Program-made: the position numbers and the translations under genes
Shown here: positions 15,394 to 24,376 of the stretch, piece after piece
How the letters are laid out: the number at the start of each line of letters is the position of its first letter
Position numbering within the stretch: position 1 is the first letter of the stretch
The notes under the pieces: generated by a model
Seen by the model: only the letters and a program-made list of their open reading frames with translations
Told to the model about the DNA's origin: nothing
The model's database searches: none
Virus record (IMG/VR): IMGVR_UViG_3300045988_179859
Reading direction: 5' to 3' (one strand)
Source: a virus
Length of the DNA stretch: 64,000 nt

Positions 15394-16611
15394 ATGTTAG
15401 AATATATTGCCGGCATGGATGTCGGAAACGGATATTTAAAACTAGGTATTAACGATAAAGTAGAAGTATTTCCATCAATTGCTGTGAACCGTTACTCTGT
15501 TCACAATGATTTGAAATTGACGCTTGACGATAGCGCTTCGTTTGCGAATGACGCTTTTAATCAAATGGATGCGTCATTCTCAAGTCCTCTCGTAAACGAC
15601 ACAACGCGTCGTATCTTCGGTAGTCGTGCTCTTGCAAGTGGTGAACCATTAGAAGAATTTGACGTATTCTCGCGTAAGTCAAAAGCCGACGATGATCTGT
15701 CAGGGGTTCTCATTCTAGGGTCTCTTGCAAGTCGTGCTATTCACGATTACTACGCAGAACATAAAGCGTTGCCTACTGAGATTCTTCCCGTAGATGTATG
15801 GCTTTCGACAGCTCTTCCGATTGCCGAATATGAAAAACACCATGCAGATTACGCTCATAAATTGAAAAATAGTGGATCTGCACACCTTGTTACGATTCAT
15901 AATTTTGCGCAAACAATCACTATCGCAATTACTATCAAAGAAGTATATATTGCGAACGAAGGTGAGGCTGCCCAATACGGTTTGCGTCACGCGCAGTCTA
16001 ATTTCCTTGACTTGATCGAAGCTGATGCGAAGAAACGTGCGGTCAATGGTGAATTGGATGATGTGACGGGTTACGATTTGGTGCATGCGGAGAATACTCT
16101 CGGCATCGATATTGGTGAAGGGACTGTCGATTTCGCGGTATTCACTAACGGTAAATTCAACCAAGATGCGTCAACGTCATTCTTGAAAGGATACGGAAAC
16201 GTACTCGAGGCGGCACTTGATCGTTTGATCGAAGAAGGATATACTTACAAGACACGTAAAGAGCTCTCTGAGTTTATCAATAAAGAACCTAGCAAGTTGA
16301 GTCGTAACAAGTATACGCACGTAGCTGGTGTTGTAGACGAAGAATCATATCGTTTCGCACAGCAACTTCGTAATGAGATTTCTAAAATCTATACTCGTGT
16401 GGGTGCAACGAATGAAGTTATTTTCGTATACGGTGGTGGTTCAGGTGGTCTTGAACAACACCTCTATAACGAGATCGTGAATCTTTTGTCTGATTTCAAT
16501 AGCGGTGGAACTCCAATCATTTATTTGAACGCTGCATATTCACGTTTCTTGAACGAACACGGTTTGTATAGTCTTGCAAAAGGTCTATATAATATCGCGC
16601 ATAAAGACTAA
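15394..16611 (+). CDS. actin-like ATPase (ParM/Alp family)
   Basis: phosphate-1 motif GMDVGNGYLK and phosphate-2 motif GIDIGEGTVDF. Confidence 0.8.
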   Translation: MLEYIAGMDVGNGYLKLGINDKVEVFPSIAVNRYSVHNDLKLTLDDSASFANDAFNQMDASFSSPLVNDTTRRIFGSRALASGEPLEEFDVFSRKSKADDDLSGVLILGSLASRAIHDYYAEHKALPTEILPVDVWLSTALPIAEYEKHHADYAHKLKNSGSAHLVTIHNFAQTITIAITIKEVYIANEGEAAQYGLRHAQSNFLDLIEADAKKRAVNGELDDVTGYDLVHAENTLGIDIGEGTVDFAVFTNGKFNQDASTSFLKGYGNVLEAALDRLIEEGYTYKTRKELSEFINKEPSKLSRNKYTHVAGVVDEESYRFAQQLRNEISKIYTRVGATNEVIFVYGGGSGGLEQHLYNEIVNLLSDFNSGGTPIIYLNAAYSRFLNEHGLYSLAKGLYNIAHKD

Positions 16612-16620
16612 TAGGGGGCT

Positions 16621-17160
16621 TTGCATATGTCGGTTTACAAAACAATCGGCATTTGTCTAAACTTACTACTACAAATTGCCAGATGGTCGGCTATTTACGG
16701 ATTAATGTTATTAACCGGTCATCTATTAAGGCTCTCTACGAATTGGTCGCTTATGGATATCTATATAGGTATGGTTGTGTTCTGTATCGGTTTTACGGGT
16801 GATCGTTTATTGTTTGCGATACGCTCTGGATTTAACGTGAAGACGTGGGCACTATTAAGTGATTATGTGTGTCTCGCGTTATCGTATAAAATGATGTCAC
16901 TGTTAAGTGGAATCTCAAACGAAACATTTTGGCAGTATTTCGTACTTGCGACGGTATCGATGATCGGGTTAGATGTTCTTTTACAACGTTATATCGGATG
17001 GCTTTTCAAAAACAAGAGGTCACTCTTTAAATTGTTTAGCCACAATACGTTCGTAGTGGACGATCGTTTGATTCATGTCAGTGAATATGAGTTAGATGGA
17101 ACATTTTCAACCTATATGCAAATTTTGGAAACGAAAGCGGGTGTTTCAAATGAACTATAA
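16621..17160 (+). CDS. polytopic membrane protein (179 aa)
   Basis: 4-5 predicted TM segments. Confidence 0.5.
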   Translation: MHMSVYKTIGICLNLLLQIARWSAIYGLMLLTGHLLRLSTNWSLMDIYIGMVVFCIGFTGDRLLFAIRSGFNVKTWALLSDYVCLALSYKMMSLLSGISNETFWQYFVLATVSMIGLDVLLQRYIGWLFKNKRSLFKLFSHNTFVVDDRLIHVSEYELDGTFSTYMQILETKAGVSNEL

Positions 17161-17365
17161 TGCAGATGATATTCGAAATCAGGAATTCCATTTGTCTTTT
17201 CGTGGTTATAAGCCACAAGAAGTTGAGGGATTTCTCGATAAAATTGCAGAAGATTATGTAACCGTTTCTGATTATGAAGAATTGGTTCTTGAGAAGAAAG
17301 AATTAGAAGAAACGGTTGATAAGCTTCGTGAAAAAGTTCGATATTTGGAATCGACTTCGTTATAG
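17150..17365 (+). CDS. DivIVA/GpsB N-terminal domain protein (71 aa)
   Basis: DIRNQEFHLSFRGYKPQEVEGFLDKIAEDY matches the DivIVA/GpsB lipid- and PBP-binding domain; I chose the start at 17150 rather than 17096. Confidence 0.7.
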   Translation: MNYNADDIRNQEFHLSFRGYKPQEVEGFLDKIAEDYVTVSDYEELVLEKKELEETVDKLREKVRYLESTSL

Positions 17366-17373
17366 GTGACGAT

Positions 17374-18165
17374 ATGAATGTTTTAGAATATGTGATTGAT
17401 TTCCCGAAATCGTATGGCGAAGATCGTTTGGCTATCGGAAACGATGTCGTTTGCGCCATTGATGGGTCAAGCCCGATCAAACAAATAGCAGTACTACCTT
17501 TTCATTCTCAAGCTGAATGGTTGGCGTCAGCTGTAGCCGGTGCCGTGTCAGTGTGTGTGAATGGTACGATTCCTGAATATGCACAAATGGCTGTTGATTC
17601 TATTAAGTTTCGATATGCTGAAATGCTTGAAAATTTTCCAGATGAGATGAAACCTTGTGCTGTTTTAGCCGGCGTGCAAGTTATTGATGATAAATTACAC
17701 GCTTATGCGATTGGTGATTGTTCCGCAGTTATTGAAAAAATAGACGGTACGATTGAAATCGTAACGGATAATCGTATTCGTCGATTTTCAGATGTCACTA
17801 AAGCGATGCGTAATAAAGCAATCGCCTGTGGTGAAGATCCTGTTAAAGCCGTTCAAGAACAAATGACAAAAAACAGACATGTTATGAACACGCCTGATGG
17901 TTTTTGGACAGTTGCTTTAAAAGGTCATTTCGAAGACGAATTTGTGGAACGTATCTACGATGTAGATGATGTGAAACAATGCTTAGTCTTCTCGGATGGA
18001 TTTGAACGAGTATTTCTTCATGAGTTGGTTTCTATAGAAGCTGTACTCAATGGAAATGTTAGTTTGAATTCAGCATTAAAGGTTCTTCGAAAATGGGAAC
18101 GTAACGCTACAAACTTAGATGTCAAACGGCATGATGACGCTTGTGCGATTTTAATCGAACTATAA
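17374..18165 (+). CDS. possible PP2C-family (SpoIIE/RsbU-like) Ser/Thr phosphatase
   Basis: motifs AIDGSS, IGDCS, FSDGFE and terminal RHDDACAILI in PP2C order. Confidence 0.5.
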   Translation: MNVLEYVIDFPKSYGEDRLAIGNDVVCAIDGSSPIKQIAVLPFHSQAEWLASAVAGAVSVCVNGTIPEYAQMAVDSIKFRYAEMLENFPDEMKPCAVLAGVQVIDDKLHAYAIGDCSAVIEKIDGTIEIVTDNRIRRFSDVTKAMRNKAIACGEDPVKAVQEQMTKNRHVMNTPDGFWTVALKGHFEDEFVERIYDVDDVKQCLVFSDGFERVFLHELVSIEAVLNGNVSLNSALKVLRKWERNATNLDVKRHDDACAILIEL

Positions 18166-18193
18166 GAAAAAGGATAACTTTGTAGTTATCCTT

Positions 18194-18946
18194 TTATTGT
18201 TGCCAAATGTTATATTCTTGTTTAAAGGCGTCTTTGATTTTTTGATTGGCGTCTTTATAGGTTGTTTTCTTAACTAGACTTCCCTGAACGACAATTCGAC
18301 CACGAGCATAGTTATCGGTGCATGTAATCAATGTTACGAGTGGGTCAGAATTTGGTCCTGGTTCATCCAAAACACTTGTTTCGGTTGGTTCAATTTTGCG
18401 CACGGATATAATTGTGTATGTGTATACATACTCTTTATCGGTCATGTAGATTTGTTGACCTTCTTGTGCGTGTTCAAGTGGTGAGAATAATAAACTAGTC
18501 GCACCCCAGATTCCGAAGACGTGGTGGCTGGCAAGACCGTAGTTACCTTGACCCATGACTTGATTTTCTTTTGTTGTTCCCGCTCCGTAGTAGAGACTTT
18601 GATCGTCAACTCCTTTGAAGATTGGCATGTTGATTCCTAAGTCGGGAATTGCGATACCTGCAATAACAGGGAGATCTTCAGGTGCGGGTGGTGGTGAGCT
18701 AATAACGCGATCGGGGTCAAGAGGTTTGACTTCTTCCCAGTTGTAATTGGCTGGGGCTTCTTCTGCGTTTTTCTTAAGAGTTTCTTTCGGTACGTTTGCG
18801 ACAATGAGTTTATTCGTTCGCGATGCCATTTTCGAATGAGCTATCGGTTTGTTGAACATAAGTGCAAACGCAAGACCGACTGTAAGTGCTAAATTTATGA
18901 GGATTAAGGCGATAAGTATGAGTCGCCTTGATTTAGATACCGGCAT
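18194..18946 (-). CDS. sortase
   Basis: N-terminal TM; catalytic TLITCT motif; conserved His upstream. Confidence 0.85.
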   Translation of the reverse strand: MPVSKSRRLILIALILINLALTVGLAFALMFNKPIAHSKMASRTNKLIVANVPKETLKKNAEEAPANYNWEEVKPLDPDRVISSPPPAPEDLPVIAGIAIPDLGINMPIFKGVDDQSLYYGAGTTKENQVMGQGNYGLASHHVFGIWGATSLLFSPLEHAQEGQQIYMTDKEYVYTYTIISVRKIEPTETSVLDEPGPNSDPLVTLITCTDNYARGRIVVQGSLVKKTTYKDANQKIKDAFKQEYNIWQQ

Positions 18947-19049
18947 AGAATTGTCCTTTCTGTTTGATAAAAACAGTATACCACAAACTGTTGCTTTTGT
19001 ACACCAAATTTGTTATAATTAATAGAATTTAAACAGAAAGGGCTTTATT

Positions 19050-19565
19050 ATGCGAAAAGAAAATGATGCACGTCTTGCGATACGTGTACCAAAAGAAACT
19101 GCGGAATTTATTAAGTACCAAGCAGGTAAAGAAGGAATCTCTCAAAAAGATTATACGCTTCGAGCGATTAATTTCTATAATGACTTTCAATATATGGCTA
19201 AAGAGGGTTATGCTGACCCGTTAGCTCAAATGACCGCTATTCGTCATCGTTCGGAGAAAATCAGACAGTGGTGCCAAAAATTAGATATTGACATGGCTGA
19301 TTTCTATTTCGATGCTCTGAATTTTTATTTAGATGCATTGACGTTATCCGATGGTCAACCAGACACAATGAGTATGGTGACACTGAATACCTTGTTGCGT
19401 ACAATTTCGGCTCAGTTAGATTCTGTGGAAACGAAGATTGACACGCAAACAAATATCGCTATTAATGGATTTAGTTCATTTGCACGTATCAGTGCGGGTG
19501 CGTCTTATTTGATAGACGATGTGGATGATGGTGTGTTACCTGAAACGAAAGTAAATATGAGGTAA
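19050..19565 (+). CDS. hypothetical protein, possible RHH-type DNA-binding N terminus
   Basis: ORF with upstream TTGTTATAAT promoter. Confidence 0.5.
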   Translation: MRKENDARLAIRVPKETAEFIKYQAGKEGISQKDYTLRAINFYNDFQYMAKEGYADPLAQMTAIRHRSEKIRQWCQKLDIDMADFYFDALNFYLDALTLSDGQPDTMSMVTLNTLLRTISAQLDSVETKIDTQTNIAINGFSSFARISAGASYLIDDVDDGVLPETKVNMR

Positions 19566-19569
19566 GGAA

Positions 19570-20790
19570 ATGAGTTTAGCAACATTAGATGCTATCAATA
19601 AAGCAAAAGAAAAAGCTTTAAAAGAAAAACAAGAAGCTGAAAAGAAAGTTCTTGTTGAGCCAAAAGAGGAATCCGTTGAAAAGAAACCGAGTGTGGTCGT
19701 TGAGAAAAAACCGACGGAGACGGTTGATGCAAAACCTGTCGAGAAAGTTGCTGTTGAAAAACCTGTAGAAACGTCTACGGGATTGGTTGAAACGAAAGAT
19801 GATGTTGATTGGGAACATAAATACAAAGAACTTGAAGCAAAAATGAAACGTCAGGCGCAAGCTTCAGCAAAACAGTTAGACGATGTGCAAAAGAAAGCAG
19901 CGACTAGAGTTCTTGAACAGCAACGAATTAATGAATCACTTACAAAAGAAGTAGATCATTGGAAGAACCAAGTGAAAGAGCGTGACGCATTTGACTTCGG
20001 TTCGAATGATACATTTAATCATCAGTTTAAGTTTGTTGGTGCAAATACCATGTTTGGAAAAAACTGGAAAAATCCATTTAAAAACTTAGATCGCGAAGGC
20101 GCTCGGGTGGATATTCATTTGCGAGCATTACACCCTGCTTTTGATTTTATTGCTAGTTTAAAAGGGCGTGAAGTTCAAATTAGTAAGAATTTCAAAACGA
20201 AAATCTCCCCGGAGAATTCGTTCTATCGGGGGACTGGTGATCAGCCGAATAGACGGGCGCTTGTGTACTTTGTTATGATGACCTTCGCTTATCAATTCAA
20301 TTTAGATGATCTTGTGAAATATGCATGGTATTGGGTGAAGGCTGAACATACGGAATTGGCGTCAAAACCAGATGCTATTCGTGAATTAGTGCAAGGTAGT
20401 GAATCCAATGGATCGAAAGCTTTTGACTTTTATGTATTAGCTTTAGCTTATCGTGATGTGTGTGAGGAAAAACGACGCTATGAATTAAGTGAAAATGAGA
20501 TCAGTACGCAATTGTATGATCTTCGTGACATGATTGATAAACAAGCTGAATTATCACGAACTATTCGTGATGGTGTTTTGACAGATGAATTATTGACGGC
20601 GCTTCTTGTAGGTCGTGAATTAGGTATTCACAATCATGCTCTTCGAAGTGGTTTGAAACCGTCTGATTTGAAAGAATATTTAGCTGCACGTGTGCCTGAT
20701 ACCGAGACCGAAATTGCACGGACAATTATGCATGAAGCGAAGTCTTATGCGTCTGAAGTTGCTCGTCGTGACGCTAAAGCTGGAAAATAA
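19570..20790 (+). CDS. hypothetical protein with Lys/Glu-rich N terminus (406 aa)
   Basis: ORF only. Confidence 0.55.
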   Translation: MSLATLDAINKAKEKALKEKQEAEKKVLVEPKEESVEKKPSVVVEKKPTETVDAKPVEKVAVEKPVETSTGLVETKDDVDWEHKYKELEAKMKRQAQASAKQLDDVQKKAATRVLEQQRINESLTKEVDHWKNQVKERDAFDFGSNDTFNHQFKFVGANTMFGKNWKNPFKNLDREGARVDIHLRALHPAFDFIASLKGREVQISKNFKTKISPENSFYRGTGDQPNRRALVYFVMMTFAYQFNLDDLVKYAWYWVKAEHTELASKPDAIRELVQGSESNGSKAFDFYVLALAYRDVCEEKRRYELSENEISTQLYDLRDMIDKQAELSRTIRDGVLTDELLTALLVGRELGIHNHALRSGLKPSDLKEYLAARVPDTETEIARTIMHEAKSYASEVARRDAKAGK

Positions 20791-20846
20791 TTGGCGCGAT
20801 TGTTTAAATTATGATACAATAGAACTAATTAATATGAAAGGACTGT

Positions 20847-23345
20847 GTGATGTTACTCATTGTTACAGAAAAACCGAGCGCGTGTAAGAATTTCGCAAAA
20901 GCGCTTGGTGGTAATAAAGGTACGTTTAATGGTCAAGATTATGAATTGATTGCTCTTGCGGGACATACAATGGAGTATGTCGATCCGAAAGACATGGTTT
21001 CTAAGGAGAAATCTGAGCAATATAAATCTTGGGATATTAAATATTTACCTTGGAATTTAAAAGAAATGACTTTCGACCGTCAGGTCGCTAAGAATAAAGG
21101 TAAACTGATTGCTAATCTGAAATCAGCCGCGAAACGTGCGGATGCTCTTGTTATTGCAACCGATGTGGATCCTTCTGGTGAGGGTGAATTGATTGCGATG
21201 GAAGCCTTTCAAGAGATTGGATGGAAAGGTCCAATCAAACGAATGTATTTCGTAGATGAATCTGTTAAGCAAATTCAAAAAGCGTTTAAGTCTATGCGCG
21301 ATGTTTCTGATTCTAGTCGAAATGGTGATTATTTGAAGGCCGAGACGCGTTCTCGTTGGGATTTTGCCTCTATGCAGATTGTACGGGCGGCGACGAGTAT
21401 TGCGCGAAGATTGAAAATGAAGGTTGTTCTTAGAAATGGGCGATTGAAATCAGTTATCACGCGTCTTGTTTTCATGCAAGAAGAGGCTATTCGGAAGTAT
21501 AAACGTAAGCCTTACTATGAAGTACAATTTAAAGATGATAATGGTCATGTTTACAAGCGGAAATTCAATGAAGGTGATACATGGCGGTATGATTTAGAAG
21601 TGGATGTTCCGCTCGGTGATTATTCGAAGTCATCTGTTATGGAAGATGGTCGAACACGTAAGGAAACTAAACCTCCGAAATTGCTCGATTTAATGGGTCT
21701 CGCCGCGATTCTCGCACCGCGTGGATTTAATTCGAAGAAAGTCTTAGCTGTTTATCAGAAGATGTATGAAGCTAAAATCGTATCGTATCCTCGTACAGAA
21801 GATAAAGTGATTTCGGTTGAACAATTCAATGATATGTTGCCGTTGATTGACAACATTGCGAAGGTTGTTGGTGTTGATAATGGATTATTGACGCATAGGC
21901 AACTTCGTACGACTCACGTTAAAGACGGCGGTAGTCACGGGGCAAATCGTCCAGGTGAAGTTGTTCCAAAATCACTTGAATCTTTATCTGTATTTGATGA
22001 TGGAAGCAAAGGAATTGCTGCCGCTATCTATACTACTCTTGCGAAGAACTTTTTAGCGATGTTTGGTGAGAATTATGTTTATGACAGTGTGGCTGGTCAT
22101 GTTGTAGAACATCCTGATTTTAAAACAACGTTCTCGCTTCCAGTATCAAGTGGTTGGAAAGCAATCTATACGGATTCGGATAAAGATGATGAAGATGATG
22201 ATACTGCTACAAAGGGTATCGGTACATCGGCTGATCCGTTTGTTGCTGAGGGAGCTAATCCGAAACCTGCGACACCTACTATCAAGTGGCTCAAAGCGCA
22301 ACTTGAGAAATATGATGTCGGTACAGGGGCAACGCGTACGTCAACGATTGCTGAAATTACAAATGATGTGGCTGAACGTCGATTGATGGATGAGAAACGT
22401 GGTCGTTTGTCTATGACGCTTGTCGGTAAAGTAAATGCTGTGTTGTTGAAAGATACATGGATTGCGTCTCCTGAAATCACACAAGAACTTTTCCAAAATA
22501 TGGAAGCTGTTGGACAATTACAGAAATCTGTCGATGAAGTTGTTAATTCTGTAACGAAACTTGTAAAACACGATATCGAGGTTATGGAAAAGAACGAAGC
22601 GTTGGCTGGTCGTTATATTGATTCTGTTTTAGCGGATGGTGGTGCTGATGCGAAGACTTTTGCGAAGTTGAAAACAAAAGCACCTGTTCCAAAAGTAAAA
22701 GGCGTTTTCCAAGGAAAAGAAGTTGAATTCTATAATTCAGTGATGGGTGTTTATCAACCGACTGATGATGAAATGAAGACGGCTCTCAGTGGTGGTGAAT
22801 TCATTGTTAATTTGAAGAATAAGGCTGGAAAACCATATAAAGGTCGGATTGCGTTTGGCTATGACGATAAATATGGTTATGGTTATAAGTATCTCGGTCC
22901 AGTTCAAACAGGTCCTGCGAAAGTTAAGATTCAGTTCGAGGGGCAAGAGATTGAAATTAAACCGGTATTTGGCTCATACGAATTAAATCAAAGCGAATTG
23001 GACGCATTGAGTCGAAAAGAAGAAGTTCGAATTAATACGAAAACGTCCAAGGGAGACCCTTGGAACCCCTCATTGAAGATTGTTAATGATCCTAAGTGGG
23101 GTTGGATTGTCACGTTTGTGAAAGCAACTCCGAAAGGGAAACCTGAACGATCTGCGATGAAGCCAGAGTTTTCAGGATATAAGTTCTCTGAAGAAGAAAA
23201 GGATCACTTATATGCAGGTGGTTCAACGCCTGTTACTTTGAAATCGGGTAAAAAAGGTTTCGTGAAGTGGGGTCAAACGTCGTTTAAGAATAAGGAAGGA
23301 AAGACGGTCAAATACTACGGATATTACGTAGACGAATGGCTGTAA
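20847..23345 (+). CDS. type IA DNA topoisomerase (Topo III-like)
   Basis: TOPRIM motifs LLIVTEKPS and DVDPSGE; active-site Tyr in SYPRTE. Confidence 0.9.
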   Translation: MMLLIVTEKPSACKNFAKALGGNKGTFNGQDYELIALAGHTMEYVDPKDMVSKEKSEQYKSWDIKYLPWNLKEMTFDRQVAKNKGKLIANLKSAAKRADALVIATDVDPSGEGELIAMEAFQEIGWKGPIKRMYFVDESVKQIQKAFKSMRDVSDSSRNGDYLKAETRSRWDFASMQIVRAATSIARRLKMKVVLRNGRLKSVITRLVFMQEEAIRKYKRKPYYEVQFKDDNGHVYKRKFNEGDTWRYDLEVDVPLGDYSKSSVMEDGRTRKETKPPKLLDLMGLAAILAPRGFNSKKVLAVYQKMYEAKIVSYPRTEDKVISVEQFNDMLPLIDNIAKVVGVDNGLLTHRQLRTTHVKDGGSHGANRPGEVVPKSLESLSVFDDGSKGIAAAIYTTLAKNFLAMFGENYVYDSVAGHVVEHPDFKTTFSLPVSSGWKAIYTDSDKDDEDDDTATKGIGTSADPFVAEGANPKPATPTIKWLKAQLEKYDVGTGATRTSTIAEITNDVAERRLMDEKRGRLSMTLVGKVNAVLLKDTWIASPEITQELFQNMEAVGQLQKSVDEVVNSVTKLVKHDIEVMEKNEALAGRYIDSVLADGGADAKTFAKLKTKAPVPKVKGVFQGKEVEFYNSVMGVYQPTDDEMKTALSGGEFIVNLKNKAGKPYKGRIAFGYDDKYGYGYKYLGPVQTGPAKVKIQFEGQEIEIKPVFGSYELNQSELDALSRKEEVRINTKTSKGDPWNPSLKIVNDPKWGWIVTFVKATPKGKPERSAMKPEFSGYKFSEEEKDHLYAGGSTPVTLKSGKKGFVKWGQTSFKNKEGKTVKYYGYYVDEWL

Positions 23346-23357
23346 GAAGGTACTAAA

Positions 23358-24284
23358 GTGGCAAAACAAGTATATAGTATTCCGTTCGATTTGAATAAGA
23401 CGCAAATGGACCGTCAGTTCCAGTTGCAGTCTAAGAAAAACGGAATCAAATTTACGAAAAAGCCGATCACTATGATGACGCTTGTTATCTGGGTTGCGGC
23501 GATTATGATTTTGATGTATGTTGAAATGAATAGTTTTATTGGACAAGGTTCTATCTTTGGTGGGATTTTGTTTGCTATTGGTTTCATTGCATTTGCTTAT
23601 TTGATGGGTCGACAAGATGAAACGCATCGATATGGCTATCAAGTATTACCGCTTTATATTCAATATGTTTTGAAGAAGGCGCGTGAATTAACATTGATTC
23701 GAAATACACCTTTGACAAAAGCTCGTCGATTTTTCGGTCTTAAGTTTATTGAGAAAAAGGGTATTGAATCTGGTGTTATTCGAATGATTGATAATCGATG
23801 GGCTCGTATTTATCAAGTGGTTGGTAATGCGTCTCTCATGTTGTTCGATGAAGATGCGACTCATGTCTTGGATAAAACTGCTAAGTTTTACAAGAGTATT
23901 CCTGAGGGTGTCGATGTGATTTTTGATACGGCTTCTGAACCGCAACGTGTTGATGAACAGCTTGCCGAATGTGAATATCGTAGATCTTTGGTGTATGATG
24001 ATTTACTTGTTGCATTGTATGACGAGCAAGAGTTTCTTTTAAGAGAAGCTGTTGGTGGTTATAAAGATGAGCATGCAATGATTGTTGAAGATGCTGATAA
24101 GTCAGATGAAGGGCATATTGCAATTCACCAATATATGATGTTGATTGCTGATTCAAAACAAGATTTGTACGAGGCTGAAGGTTTGGCGTTTGATGATATG
24201 AATAGGTCAGGGTATATGTTTAAATATATCAAACCGCTTGATTACGAAGAAGTTGTCAAATACTATAAGAATCTCTATACGTAA
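23358..24284 (+). CDS. membrane protein (2 N-terminal TM plus cytosolic domain)
   Basis: ORF, hydrophobic N terminus. Confidence 0.55.
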   Translation: MAKQVYSIPFDLNKTQMDRQFQLQSKKNGIKFTKKPITMMTLVIWVAAIMILMYVEMNSFIGQGSIFGGILFAIGFIAFAYLMGRQDETHRYGYQVLPLYIQYVLKKARELTLIRNTPLTKARRFFGLKFIEKKGIESGVIRMIDNRWARIYQVVGNASLMLFDEDATHVLDKTAKFYKSIPEGVDVIFDTASEPQRVDEQLAECEYRRSLVYDDLLVALYDEQEFLLREAVGGYKDEHAMIVEDADKSDEGHIAIHQYMMLIADSKQDLYEAEGLAFDDMNRSGYMFKYIKPLDYEEVVKYYKNLYT

Positions 24285-24286
24285 AA

Positions 24287-24330
24287 ATGAAAATAAAAAA
24301 TGGAAAAGTTGTGCGCTTTTCCTTTTTTTA
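24287..24330 (+). terminator. rho-independent terminator
   Basis: ggaaaag-N7-cttttcc followed by T7. Confidence 0.6.
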
Positions 24331-24376
24331 TGTTATAATAAGTAAGATTAATCTATAAGAAAGGACCTATTTTAAA

